Shown one piece after another: positions 12,031-25,792 of a stretch of 64,000 bases of DNA. The DNA comes from Octopus sinensis (taxonomy: Eukaryota), in NCBI RefSeq assembly GCF_006345805.1, contig NC_042999.1, positions 52,638,001 through 52,702,000 of the forward strand, in the 5' to 3' direction. Each line of letters begins with the position of its first letter. The stretch's first letter is position 1. The position numbers and the translations under genes were made by a program. The notes beneath the pieces were generated by a model, which saw only the letters and a list, made by a program, of their open reading frames with translations, searched no databases and was not told where the DNA came from.

Positions 12031-12774
12031 GACGAGAGAGCTCATCACACACGCACATGCACACACACACACACACACATACATGCATGCATACATACAT
12101 ACATACATACACACATGCATGCATACATACATACATGCATACATACATACATACATACATATATATATGTATGTATGTTTCCACACATAGACATACACGC
12201 ATACACATCTGTATGAGTGTGTGTATGTGTGTCTGTATGCATCAACGCATATTTAAAGACAAATACACTTACTCACACACAGACACACACACACACACAT
12301 ACATACGTAGGTGTGTGTTAAAGTACGCACATCTGTTTGAGGTTAAAGGAAATTTCGTGCCAAGGATTTCCCCTCTCTCTCTTCCTCTTTTCTTCTATCT
12401 CTCTCGCCGTCTCTTCTACTAAAACTCCAACTATATTCCTTTCTTTCTTTCTTTCTTTTTTTCTTTCTTTCTTTTCATGTGTCCAGCCGACCCTCTCTTT
12501 ATAAAATGTAGACAATTGATATACGTATGGCCAACTCCCGTAACCTCACACATCTTTGCTACTCGTTACTAGCAAAAATAATAACAACAGTTATGAAGAA
12601 TAGAGCTGCTAGAAATAGTAGCCAAATTCCCTCTCAAATCACACGGTACCATGTTTAAAATGGATTAATGCACAACAGAGAGTGTGCCTCAAAATACTGC
12701 AAAAACTAAACAGCATGGTCACAGCTGGTATGGCCTTGATCATGGGTTTGCTCATTTAGGGTTAACCCTTCGGG

Positions 12775-12802
12775 TAAAACTACTACTACTACTACTACTA
12801 CA

Positions 12803-12835
<33 letters not shown>

Positions 12836-12931
12836 ACTACTACTACTACTACCACTTCCACCACCACCACTACCACCACCACGACCACGACCACCACTAC
12901 CACCACCACCTCCACGACCACGACCACTACC

Positions 12932-12963
<32 letters not shown>

Positions 12964-13105
12964 CACTTCCACCACCACCACCATCAGAACCACCACGACC
13001 ACCACGACCGCCACTACCACCACCACCACCACTACTACTACTACTACTCTACTACTACTACTACTACTCTACTACTACTACTAATAATAATAATAATAAT
13101 AATAA
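12775..13105. repeat. Compound trinucleotide repeat (CTA/CTG/CCA/CGA/AAT)
   Basis: Direct reading. It accounts for the low-complexity 188-aa and 108-aa ORFs. Confidence 0.9.
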
Positions 13106-13431
13106 TAGGGCAGCAACAGCAGGCGCAGCAGCAGCAGCATCAGGTAAAGAGAACCGCCTACTGGTAATCCACCCCTCACTCAGTGATCATTCGCGATTGC
13201 ATGGCTGCTTGCTAGCTGACAGATTCTCCGATTACATCAATGCCAGATGATAAGAGACGATGCTAGCTACTGATGTACATAACTTACTGTTTTCTTAATT
13301 AACAGCACCTGACTCTAGTTGCTTGCTCTGTATTCTTCGCTTCTACTTGTTCTTCCATTTATTTCTTCAGCTTTTATTTTTCTTTTTACCGACGTGTGAA
13401 GACGTGATGTTGTGATTTTTTTTTTTTTTTT

Positions 13432-13636
13432 TTGTACTTGTTTCAGTCATTTGACTGCGGCCATGCTGGAGCACCGCCTTTAGAGTACAGCAGGGATCAC
13501 CACCTCCTGCCGGAGCCTCGTGGAGCTTTTAGGTGTTTTTTTCGCTCAATAAACACACACAACGCTTGGTCTGGGAATCGAAACCGCGATCCTCCGACCG
13601 CAAGTCCGCTGCCCTAACCACTAGGCCATTGCGCCT
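13432..13636 (-). mobile_element. Two juxtaposed reversed SINE fragments (CORE-type 3' end; GGCGCAATGG-family head)
   Basis: Reverse complements of the 3' end of 1771-2170 and of the head of 9961-10272. Confidence 0.7.
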
Positions 13637-14595
13637 CCACATGTTTATGTATTTCTCTAAAATAACAATGTGGTTTATGTATTTCTCTAAAATAACAATG
13701 TGGTTACGCAGTTCGCTCCGCAACACATAATTTCAGATGCCGTTTAAATGCGCGGCACTTTAGCCAAGTGTCGCCGGCTGTTGTTAGGCAAAAGCCTTGT
13801 GAGTGAATATGGCATTTATAGATAGAAGGTCTTACAGCTGTTTCTAGAATATTAATTAATAATAATATCCTTTCATCGGAGACGGTGTGAGAGGAAAACT
13901 TAAGTCATAGTTAGTTTCGATGTAATATAAAATAGAGAGTGAGGTGGAGGAAAGAAAATAGATGTAAGATATGTATGGTTATTGAGTTCATAAATCAGTT
14001 TTATAGGCATAATGGTATATATGAATATTACCGAATCTGGAACTCAACTACGGTCTGTCTATAGCACATATTCAACATTACCTGACACTTTGGGGTCTCA
14101 TTGACACCATTATCTCATATATATATATATATATATATATTTGTAAAAAATGAAGTTCGAAAATGCTGCTGTATTATACAATTTTTAATTTTTATATATA
14201 CATTATAACATGTTTCAGTTCCTGAAATGAACCTTATCAAAAAAAGTTATATATAAAAAGAGACAGCTCATGCCGTCAAACACAAGAAATTCATTTATAA
14301 TACACAACGGAGTCAGACATCTTAGAGTTCATGTATAGTTGATATATAGTTCATGTATAGTTGATATATAGTTTGAAGTATATGTTCAAAGTGTTCGATG
14401 CAGTGGCCCACGGTGGCGATACGTATTCAATACAAAAAACAGATCAAAGTGGTGGAAAGCGGTCAATACAGAAGATTGATGTTTCCGAAAGAGCGAGGAA
14501 TTCATTTTTACCTTAAGCAATTGTGATGACCCATGGTGGAAGTTCGCTGGGTGGTTCTAGTGATTTTTTGTGAAATGCTTGGTTTTATAATGCCT

Positions 14596-14782
14596 GTTAG
14601 GTGGTCAATCTAGCGTAGCGTGACGTCATCAATGTTTTGACCAATCGTTTCGTTAGGTGGCTTTAATCAAGTGGAACGGGACGTCATCATTATTTTGACC
14701 AATCGCTGCATTATAACTCCCTCTTGTTTGTTTCCTGTCTTGACCAGTCGCTTCGTTAGTCAAGCATAGCGGGATGTCATCC

Positions 14783-14783
<1 letters not shown>
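14596..14783. promoter_or_regulatory. ~58-bp degenerate tandem repeat carrying CRE-like (TGACGTCA/GGACGTCA) and CCAAT-box (GACCAATCG) motifs
   Basis: TGACGTCA at 14621 and CCAAT at 14641; GGACGTCA at 14679 and CCAAT at 14699; a third degenerate unit follows. Regulatory function is inferred only. Confidence 0.35.
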
Positions 14784-14835
<52 letters not shown>

Positions 14836-14939
14836 CATGAATAATATTGAGAGTGACTCCGAAGTTTCACTCTGCTTATCTTTCATCATTCTAATCTTAA
14901 ACTGTTTTGATTACGAGTTGATGTAAAATCACACATTAA

Positions 14940-14974
<35 letters not shown>

Positions 14975-14988
14975 ACACACACGCATTG

Positions 14989-15250
14989 GAAGCGCGTGGC
15001 CGATTGTTTAGGGTGATGTATACACGATCGTAAAATCGTGGTTTTGATTCCCGTATTGGGCGATTCGTTTTGAGCAAGGCACTTTACCTCACACTGTTCG
15101 CCATTCACTTCGACACGTAACAAGTGGCACACGATGCGTCTGCCGATTTGATGGAGGAACTGGATATAAACTGTTGAAAGTGATAAACAAAATATTTGTG
15201 CAAACTACAGCAAGAAATAAATATTCACTCATCTGTCGTCTACGGCAAGT
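14989..15250 (+). mobile_element. tRNA-derived SINE (same family as 568-775), degenerate
   Basis: GCGCGTGGCCGATTGTTTAGG head, GTTTTGATTCCC B-box-like, TTGAGCAAGGCACTT body. Confidence 0.6.
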
Positions 15251-15349
15251 GAGTCTACTCTATGTCTGTCTGTCTGTCTGTCTGTATGTATGAATGTATG
15301 CATTTATGTTTGAGTAGATTTGTATGTTTTGTTTTATGTATGTATTCTC

Positions 15350-15775
15350 ATACATATAGTTACATAGCTAGACATGCTCATATATATTTAAATGATAAAC
15401 TTCTGGAAAGTTTTACAGATATTTTGCAGTTCCAGTGATAGAATTGATCTGTAGTCTTCGAATTAGCTTCCTTTTTTCTGGTTTTAAGAAGCCTAATTTC
15501 TCAAGATTGGTATTCAGGCCGTGTGTTACATATCCTCGGGTTCTAATGATTACAGGTATAATCCTGAACGTGTAACATGGATAGAGTAACTGCAGATTTC
15601 TCAATAGTTCAGCTTAGGTATTCTCTTTTTCACTGATCTCAGCTTTATGTCAACATCCGCTGGGCAGCTAATTTCCACAACTGTGCACAATTTCTCTTCT
15701 CTATCCCAAATCATTATCTCAGGTCTGTTGTGCTTACATTTTATTGAGGTCTTCACTGGGACATTCCACCACTAT
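15350..15775 (-). mobile_element. 3' fragment of an RLE-type (R4/Dong-like) LINE, divergent family
   Basis: Minus strand WWNVPVKTSIKCKHNRPEIMIWDREEKLCTVVEISCPADV / EKENT*AELLRNLQLLYP...IPVII..GYV = PD-(D/E)xK endonuclease C-terminus with a frameshift and a stop. Confidence 0.75.
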
Positions 15776-15964
15776 TTCTTTTTATTATGAGAGACTATGG
15801 CATCTATCATACTGTGCGTCCTAGTATGCATGTATATACGTATGGCTGTATGTACACATGTGTGCAATGTATGTATGCCTGCGTGTCTTCTATGTATTCC
15901 TGGGTATGACAAAAGCACATAAAAGAATAAAAAAATATGCAGATACACACATAAGCACAGACAA

Positions 15965-16400
15965 ACAAATGTAATACATGACGGATTTGGTTGTAAGAGT
16001 CTGCTCAGTGCTGACCATTTTTGGAGGATAGCAACTGACAAGTGTAGCACAAGTGTTATGATCAATTTCTAACGATAGTGCCATGATGCGGTCATAAATA
16101 CCTTTGGGGAGAGAAAAAAGGGATCTAGCTATGTCTGCGATGATGAGAAAACCAACACCAGAGTGGTGCGGTTTGACCTAATTTCTTTCAGAAAAATATG
16201 CATCCACCTTTACTTTCTTCTAACTGTGATTATCCTGCAAGACGCCTTTCACTGAGTGTAGCTATATCAATGTTGTATTTCTTTACTTCAAGGGTAACCA
16301 GTGCTGTTTTTCGTTCTTGGGCGGAGTGATTGTCTTGGATAGTTAATATTTTGCGATTTCTTCATGTTTCGACTGCGTTACTGAATAACTAGACAGCTGC
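15965..16400 (-). mobile_element. RTE-clade LINE fragment, AP-endonuclease N-terminus, decayed
   Basis: Minus strand ERKTALVTLEVKKYNIDIATLSERRLAG*SQLEE, HHSGVGF and DRIMALSL...ATLVSCYPP, matching RTE APE motifs ERRTALV..L..YNIDIAALSETRL / GVGF / DRLM.L / YAPT. Confidence 0.8.
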
Positions 16401-16978
16401 AGCAGTCTGCCAGGTTTAAGGTGAATAAGCAATGTTTAGGGCTCCATCCGTGTAACATCTCTTACATTCTTTCCCATGACTTTCAACTTCTACTTTACTG
16501 CCGTAAGACTTCACTTCCACACACGCCAGCTTAATTTAATTCTTCCTTAGTCGAAAGACATCCGTTGTTAATGTCCTGTTGTTTGTATTTATAATTGTGT
16601 ACCATTTCTCCGTTTTTTTTTCGTCCTTCTTTTCGTATACATTCACTTGCTTTCTTCCAAAGAATCTAATACTCTTAGCTTAGATTATTCCTGGGGTCGG
16701 CCAGATTAGAGCAGTCTCGAGTGTAACCGGCCGACACTGCAACGACGGTCTGGAACTCGACTGACGATAGAAAGCTCCGAATGACCCGTCAATTGATTTT
16801 TCCTGTCCTTTTTTGTATCGTCTAACTGTCCGAGTGTTTTGTTGTCGCCTGATATGTTGTTGTTCCATTTTTTGCTTTGTTTATATATATATATAGATAC
16901 ATAGGTATGACTTGTATTCAAAGTTTCATTATTCTTTGTTTCACTTCATTATTATGCAAACATACACACAAACACACA

Positions 16979-17191
16979 CACATACACGCACGCACGCACG
17001 CATGCACGCACGCACGCATGCACGCACGCATGCACGCACGCACGCATGCACGCACGCATGCACGCACGCACGCATGTACGCACGCACGCATGCACGCACG
17101 CACGCATGCACGCACGCACGCATGCACGCACGCACGCATGCACGCACGCACGCATGCACGCACGCATGCACGCACGCACGCACGCACGCAT
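16979..17191. repeat. (GCAC)n/(GCAT)n alternating purine-pyrimidine tract
   Basis: Direct reading. Confidence 0.95.
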
Positions 17192-18104
17192 AAATATTTA
17201 TATAGTTGGTAGTAATGCGCTTATTTTGTTTTTTAATTTAACGGCATTTTGATAGATGAATGTAACCTGCGAACAATATACATATGATATTCATTTAAAG
17301 ACAAAAATTCAGTGCTTTTCTTTCTTTTATATTCTTAATATAATTAATTCTTAATTACTTGAAAGTTCCTCCGCCTTTCTCAGAGAATTACTTAGTAGCG
17401 ACATTAGATTACTATATTTTCGTTCTCTAAGATGAAATTTTCTACTCATTCAAAAATTATATTTGCTTACGTCATTCAACGCATCGCTACTTGCCAAAAT
17501 GATCTAAATCTATGGCATTGGCATATTGTATTACTTTCCTTGGCTCACTAACTTTATAATTAGGCAAAGTAAAACATTCCAAATGAATTGGTATCCTATT
17601 TTCTATTTGTAAAAATGATTGTCTGCTGGTCTTGGCTGGCTTCAAAGGACTATTCCTAGCTGATGCTTTCTAAATATGCTCAACTATGGCTAGGATGTTT
17701 TTTTTTTTTTTCTTTATATGCCTCATCAGCGTTACCTAAGCTCTGCAAATGATGATCAGATATCACACACTATACCTGAATAAAGTTTGACGTGGGAATG
17801 TAAGAAAGTATGGGTGAAGGCATGCTGTCTAGGGCTTGGGGTATTACATTCACGCTCACACGATCGCTGGATCATGGGTTCAATTCCCGGATCGGGTGGA
17901 GCGCTGTGTTCTGGAGTAAAACACTTCATTTCACCTTCCTCCAATCTACTCAACTCCAAGTGGGTCACCCTCTGACGTAATAGCCTTCTGATAAGGGGGT
18001 GATGTTATCCTGCTCACCTGACCAGCGGGGTGGAGTCATTTGCATTATCACCAGCGTTGTATTGCAACATCCGATACTCCCGTCCATAGCGTCATAGGAA
18101 TTTA

Positions 18105-18610
18105 TGTATGTATGTATGTATGTATGTATGTATGTATGTATGTATGTATGTATGTATGCATTCATGTATGCATGTATGATGTATGTATGTATTTATGAAT
18201 GTATGTATGCATTTATGTATGTATGAATGTATGTATGTATTCATGTATGTATATTTTCAAGTATGTATGTATGAACCTATGTATGTATGCATGTATGTAT
18301 GAATGTATATATGTATGTATGTATGAACCTATGTATATATTCATGTATTTAAGTATTCATGTATGTACGAACATTTATGTATTCACGTATGTCTGAATGT
18401 ATGCCTGAATGTAAAAATGCATGCATACATGTATAAATGCATGTACGTATGTATATATATATATGTATGCATGTATGTATGTGTATGTATGTATGTATGT
18501 ATGTGTGTGTATGTATGTATGTATGTATGCATGTATGTATGTATGTATGCATGTATGCATGTATGCATGCATGTCTGTATGTATGTATGTATGTATGTAT
18601 GCATGTATGT
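18105..18610. repeat. Degenerate (TATG)n satellite tract
   Basis: Direct reading. Confidence 0.9.
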
Positions 18611-20037
18611 CCGTGCTATGTAGCAAGGATCTCGTAGATGATTTGTCACAAGTGCATCATAATTTATGTTTTGGTCAAAACTATTCTGATTAATTAGCAC
18701 TGCTTAATGTCGGTGTTAATGCAGTCATCTTTTTATGCCTCTTTAGCCATCCTAGCTGAGATACTTGCCGAATAAAGTCACATTTTTCTATAATTATATT
18801 TGGTATATATGAGTATAATCTAAATACGAGCATATCTGACAGTCTTGTTAACTCTAATAAGCAGATTATATTTTGGTAACGTACGATAGAATGTTGCGAA
18901 AACTCGATCTGTTCTGTTTAGGAATGCAGAGAGGCTGTTAATCTTTAATAATGTTGTTTTATTGGGTACCCCCAGGTTATTTCAGTTCAGTATGGAGTAT
19001 GTTGGTGTTCTTAATTATATTTTAACACAGCCAAATTCCGAGAAAGCAATCAAAGAGCGGTTTGAGAAAAAAAACAAAAAATGTCGGTACATCTTTGCTT
19101 AAATACACAACCGTATGTAAGAGATACTCCCATTATTGGTTGTTGTTGCTGGTTTGATGGTGTTGCTGTTGGTGGTATAATAGGGATGGGAGTGTAACGG
19201 TGTAGTGGGTGTGGCGGTGGTGGTGAGGTTTATTCCAGCAGGTCTATAATGAAAAGTTTCCCACGGTTAGGCATTGCTTGAATGAGAGTTGGATGTTATT
19301 TGTAGCAACCTCACCTTATTCAAACACTTTATTTATTATCTCTCTGTTGGATTGAGCAATATTTCTTTCTTCGGGAGAAAGTCAATATTATGAGTGATAG
19401 GGTGGGGTGGGGGAAGAGACAAATTTCAAACAATAGAGGGTCAATCATATACACCCACCGGTGTATCATGTGTGGTGGCTTACATGACTAAGTCTACCTT
19501 GTTCTATGAACATATACTGTAATATGCTGCGTGGTTACCTAAAGTAGGCAGCGGGAACGATGTCAAATTGATGAGTCTTTCGTAACGTCAGTTTTTGGTA
19601 GCATTTACGATAAAAGATTAACGTTTTGTTACCTGTTTTCCTCTTTAATAAAAATCTATTTTTGCGTTTTGAGTTCAAATCCCTCTAAGTCAACACTGTG
19701 ATTCATTCTTGCATAATCGATAAAATGAAGTAAATTGGGATCGAGTTATTTGATTGACTTCCTATCCCTGAATACCTTCCACATATTTGAGAAATCATTT
19801 TAAATTCATTTTACAGAATCAATTAATATAGACGTAGGATTGATTTCTGTAATATTCGAACTAGTTTGTCAGGCACCACCACCACCACCTGTTATTGGAA
19901 TTAGCCAATAATTTTTTGCTTGTTTATTTTTGTCTCTTTGTCTTCTCTCCTGGTGCTGTATGAACATTTAATGTGGTTTTAGAGTCAAGTTTTGGCTGCT
20001 ATATCTTGCATGGTGGTATCTTTTAGATACCCTTATT

Positions 20038-20098
<61 letters not shown>

Positions 20099-21102
20099 AT
20101 ATATATATATATGTATGCATTATTTACAGTGTATATAAAATATATATATACTCGCTATTTTTATTATTGTTGAGCAATAGACAGATATTAAGAAAGGAAG
20201 TAATCTTAACAAGAGTCAATATGAATCGAAATATTCTATAAGTCAATATTCTGTAATTCTTTTGTTCCCATACACCAAGAAACAAACTTTTTCCTTCGGT
20301 GTCTTGTGAAAATTCTGTCTTCAGGTAATTTTCCTTGTACCTGTTTCCGATGTCAGAAACGACTTGAAAAAGAAAGAAATGTTTCGGGGTAAACAGTAAG
20401 TTATGATATCTTCTAGGTTGTGACATACGAGCAGGCAAAGAATCAACAGATGGTTCATTTTCCGTTGTATTAATTCTTTCTGTATCTCATTTCATAGGAT
20501 GAATTCTTCTCCACTTACTGTCTCACTGATTCTAGTCTTCGTCTCCCCAGATGCCTGTTACTAATTTTCAGCTTTCACTACGAAATTGCCTTTTAGAAGT
20601 ATCAGAATTATGCAGATTCTATCAATGGAATCACTAATCGTCGATTTGATCGTTCCGAAGTTCACGGTGCTTGCTTCAGCAAATGACAAAGAATGAAATA
20701 CTTTCAATGTTTGAAGTGCTTTTAAAAAGATTTCGTTCACCTTGCAATTGGTGTGTTTTTTTTTATGAATCCGTTGAAATTCTGTTATTTCTAATTAATA
20801 TTATGCAATTAAATGCTAACAATTGCGCATTTTTTATTCTACAAAATCACTAATTACAATTATCAGAAATCTTCTCATAATGTGTCAACGCCTGAATCTA
20901 TGTTTGTGAGCATATCTATTTATGTTTGTGTGCGCATTATGTATTGGTGTTAGTGAAACGGCATTTGTTTTAGGATTTCTGGAGCACCGCACGAATGCGT
21001 GGTCTGAGTTATTTTCTACAAGTGATAAGTTGAGTAAAGGCATTGATTTTAATTGGAAATTGAACCTGACTCGAAAGTGGGAAGAAAATGGTATCAGACA
21101 AA

Positions 21103-21335
21103 GGCGGCGAGCTGGCAGAAACATTAGCACGCCGGGCGAAATGCTTAGCCGTATTTCGTCTGCCGTTACGTTCTGAGTTTAAATTCCGCCGAGGTTGACT
21201 TTGCCTTTCATCCTTTCGGGGTCGATAAATTAAGTACCAGTTAGGCAGTGGGGTCGATATAATCGACTTAATCCGTTTGTCTGTCATTGTTTGTTCCCTC
21301 TGTGTTTAGACCCTTGTGGGTAGTAAAGAAATAGA
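21103..21335 (+). mobile_element. Full-length tRNA-derived SINE (GAGCTGGCAGAA family) with 11-bp target-site duplication
   Basis: GGCGGCGAGCTGGCAGAA...AAAGAAATAG flanked by TATCAGACAAA at 21092-21102 and 21336-21346. Confidence 0.9.
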
Positions 21336-21909
21336 TATCAGACAAAATTACATGTTGAAGAACTCAGCTTCAATCTCACAGAGCGGTATCTTGGTTATAT
21401 TGTACATCTTACCAAGGAAAGCGAAAAAGATTTGGGAGTGAAATGTTTTGGCGACAGAAACTGCACGGGATCTTGCCAGAACAATCGTTCATATTATTGG
21501 CTGGTAAACGTAATCATTCGTTCGGCTGAACACTACCATCTTGCTTTATGAAGCAAATTTCAGTTACAGGTGCCAGGCCTTTGGTCTGAAGATAACGTGT
21601 TCATTTTCTCTCATAAGTCACTGGGTCCCTAAAAATGGTCACAAGAACTGTTGTTCTCCATCAGGATTATGTCAGAGTTTACTGAGAGAAATGAACGATA
21701 TATCAGAAGTGATCTTCTCCTAAATATACGCTGACTTATTTGAACAATTTTATAAACATCTGTGAGACATGTTTCGGGGCTGTTGATTCCGAGTTCAAAT
21801 CTTGCCTAGTTACCAACAAACTTCTGTAAGGAGTTGCGACGAACAGACAATATCATCAATTTGAAAATTCAATGGAAACAGTTCCCTTGGTTTGAGAGGC
21901 AGGTCAAAC

Positions 21910-21941
<32 letters not shown>

Positions 21942-22916
21942 CAACAACACGATGACGACGACCGCCACCACCACTACCAACAACAACAACACTATCACCA
22001 GCACTACCACAGATCCAGCCCTGCAACCATCATAGTGTAGAACAAGAAAGTCAGTGAAAACACTTAGCCATTGTAGTATTTAGTTTCGCTCTTTATATTT
22101 TGCGTTAAAATCTTCAACCATGGCCAATTCTGCTTTCATCGTTCTAGTTACTGTAGGCAACATAATCCATAAAAAATCTCTCATTAATGCCTAGATATTA
22201 TCGATTAGTGCTTCCTAACAGTAGGAATCTTCTTTGTCGTTTGTCGTCTTCTTCGTAATGTTTTGTATGTGCAAGAATCTCCCTGAGAACTACATTAAGG
22301 GTGCGCACGTCTGCGGAGTACTCAGCCACATGTATGTTAATCTCGCCAGCAGAGTGTTTCGTTGATCGGATCAACTGGAACAATCATAGTCGTAAATGAA
22401 GGAATGCCCTTTCCGTTGACTCCAACTCAACCTTGATCGAGTAGACAAGATCAAAGACAACCCAGTCGTGACAATCACATCTTTTTCCCATCTTCAGGGA
22501 TTCCAAGATCAAATTAGCACACGTGGCCCTTTGAAGGTGAAAGAGAATAATGTGATGGGCATTCAACTGCCATTACTAGCAGGTGAAATAAGCAGCTCGA
22601 AGCCACCCACGTTTTCTCACTTAAGTAATAGATTAAATAACGGAATGTAGTTCTCGTCCTACGCACAATCTCACTTGTTTCATCTTTCGTACTAATGGAA
22701 TCGTATCTGTTTACGTCTATACAATATTTTAACATGAACTTGGCACATTGTATAATCCTGGCTTTCTTTACGATGCTAATACACAATAGCCATAGTTACG
22801 ACATAGTAACGGTTACAAACAAGACGAACAGTAATGATCGCCGTTGATCACAACGTCAGCCAGAAAGACCGGGGAAAAGCGAAATGATTAATGTAAGAGA
22901 ACAACTTACAGCTGGC

Positions 22917-22969
<53 letters not shown>

Positions 22970-23103
22970 ACAAGCATGTATATGCAATTCATATGTATGA
23001 TGTACATGTATAAATATGTATATATATATATGCATACATATATAGTTTTCCCTTACTAAACCTCATGATATTGCTTCAAATAAATCTTGATATACATACA
23101 TAC

Positions 23104-23150
<47 letters not shown>

Positions 23151-23152
<2 letters not shown>

Positions 23153-23653
23153 AAGCATGTTTGCACTCCTCACACAAAGATGTATGAGATGGCTTGAGCA
23201 TGTTAGCCGTATGAAAGATGGCAGAATCCCCAAGGACATACTCTGCGGAGAGCTTGCTAGGGGTACTAGGACTGTGGGTAGACCGTTCTTACGTTACAAG
23301 GATGTTTGCAAAAGGGACATGAAGGCCTGCAACATCAATATTAGTAGTTGGGAAGCAATTGCCAGCAACCGTGGAGATTGGCGACGTACCGTAAAAGAGG
23401 GAATACAAAGGAGTGACAGAGAGAGAGGAGAAATGGAAAGACAAGAAAAAACGTCAACAAGACACTATGACACTACAACCAGCCAGGAACAGTCTTCGCT
23501 ACACTTGCGGTACCTGCCAGAGGGAATGTTTGTCCAGGATAGGACTACACAGCCACAGCAGGAAATGTATCAGGACATGAAATATAAAAGCCGGATGGAC
23601 TATTTTATGCGCAACTCCATTGTCTCCCGAGACAAAAAGGATGCCAACAACAA
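23151..23653 (+). mobile_element. RTE-clade LINE 3' end, 5'-truncated
   Basis: RWLEHVSRMKDGRIPKDILCGEL..G.R.VGRP.LRYKDVCKRDMK...WE.IA..R..WR. In a shifted frame, CGTCQRECLSRIGLHSHSRKC (RTE C-terminal zinc motif). 3' UTR CCATTGTCTCCCGAGAC...GGATGCC(AAC)n. Confidence 0.9.
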
Positions 23654-23669
23654 TATGCATACAACATAC

Positions 23670-23724
<55 letters not shown>

Positions 23725-23726
23725 CA

Positions 23727-23772
<46 letters not shown>

Positions 23773-24297
23773 TTCCCTCACTAAACCTTATGACATTGCT
23801 TGAAATAAAACTTGATTTTATGACTATACCATTTAGTATGTCTGTTTACCCCAAACAGATACTACTCTGTTTTCTCTCAGCCTTAAATATACAAAGGATT
23901 TGATAAACTAGTCTATAAATTAAAACTGACCCCATAAAAACAAATAAGAGAAAAATCAGTGTCACGAAGTGTCTTTCAGTTACAACTATGATGTTGTTGG
24001 TACAACATGTTCTTTGTCTATCTCCGTAACTTCTTGGAGGTTTAAGGTAAAATTATACTAATGTGTCCTTCTATTCTAATTTAATTAAATTCTATGTCTT
24101 TGCGCTGCTGAAGATTGATCTACATTTTAAATTGATGATTGCATTGTTCAATTAAATGGAGTTGCATGAAACGATCGTACTGCAATACCTCTGGATATCC
24201 TTGTTGTTTATCTTGATTTTAATCACTTTATTTTGAAATTGTATGAATAATACCGTACTAAATTATAGTGCCTCAACTTAAGTACCAAATTCATCTG

Positions 24298-24600
<303 letters not shown>

Positions 24601-24689
24601 CACAGACACTGACATGCAAGAAGTAGATAGACAACTTTAATTTTTATTTAATACGCAAAGCGAACAATTGAAATGTAATCGATAGGTAG

Positions 24690-24960
24690 GACTACATACT
24701 TTAGTATTTAGTTGACATTCTCTTTACAGTTTTCAATTCAGAAACTCTTGCCATTCAAACCGATGAGCTTTGTGATTGTCTGTTGTGGAATTTCTGCACA
24801 CTTTTCACGCAACAATCGGAACAATTCATCTTTAGATTTAGGTTTCTGTCAAGTTTTTCTTATAGCTCTATCTAGTATGCTGCAAAGATTTTCAATTGGA
24901 TTCATGTCAGGGGATTAGCCAGTCATGGCCAATGATTTTAGCAAAAGCGTTATCTTGCAC
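24690..24960 (-). mobile_element. Tc1-family transposase C-terminal remnant
   Basis: Minus strand QDNA, *SPDMNPIENLCSILDRAIRK..QKPKSKDELFRLLREKCAEIPQQTITKLI and STKY*, matching Tc1 SPDLNPIENLW...TKY. Confidence 0.8.
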
Positions 24961-25758
24961 CAAAAATGCATAAATATGCAAATCTAAGTCAAATGGCGGA
25001 TTTATTTGAGCGCATACGAGCATATTAACGAAGAATGATAACATATTTGAACCGTAATGAACAGCAATAAAGTGTTACACAGGTATTCATTTTCCACTCA
25101 GTATTTTCAGTTTTTGTCATTACTTTTCGCGACATCCATGATTCGTGTAGGCATGCTGGAAACCAATGATTGAGTCAGTCCTATATATATAATTCTTTAA
25201 TTTCAATGTTATCGCGCGGAAGGCAAAATGACAGCACATCCGTTTTCTGTTCTTGTTATTATTTTGAGAGTTATTTTCGTTGTTAAACTTAATATTTTCT
25301 GGATTATTTGTAAATACTTTTGTTTCGTTTTGTTTGTGCGTGTAAAGACCTTGTACAATTGTTTATAGAGCATCTGTTAATGTATCAACTGCCGTTCTTG
25401 ATTGTGTTTAAAAGTGTTGAGATATTATTTCTGTTTAGAGAATTTATTGTTCTCACCAGAATTCTAGCCACGATAGCCCTGCCTTTTCTTTTATGTTATA
25501 TTCTGTATTTATTTTAACATTTAAACTTAAGAGTAGACTGTAGAGGGGTAGTATTTGAGGAAGATTCACTACAATCTCTTGCAAATTAAATGACCTGACA
25601 AGAGATTACCTACGGAATGTTAGAACCACAGAGAGTCATCGTCTCTAACTCGCGACATTATCGCGTCGGCTTCGCTAGAAAATGCAAGAAGGACGTGCCT
25701 CCTTTCTCAGTTAAAATGTATCAATGTTACCATAGACATGAGGTGTTGCATAAGAATA

Positions 25759-25792
<34 letters not shown>

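Noticed and set aside
16680-16800. Hairpin GTCGGCCGG/CTGGCCGAC upstream of the RTE fragment as an HDV-like ribozyme; same test on element A's ends
   Set aside because: Too little sequence between the strands to build P3/P1/P1.1/P4. No nested double pseudoknot could be drawn.
20922-21550. Reading frames reconstructed across the SINE insertion at 21103-21335
   Set aside because: After removing the SINE and one TSD, the frames are short and show no recognisable domain or splice pattern. They are not the missing SMYD exon.
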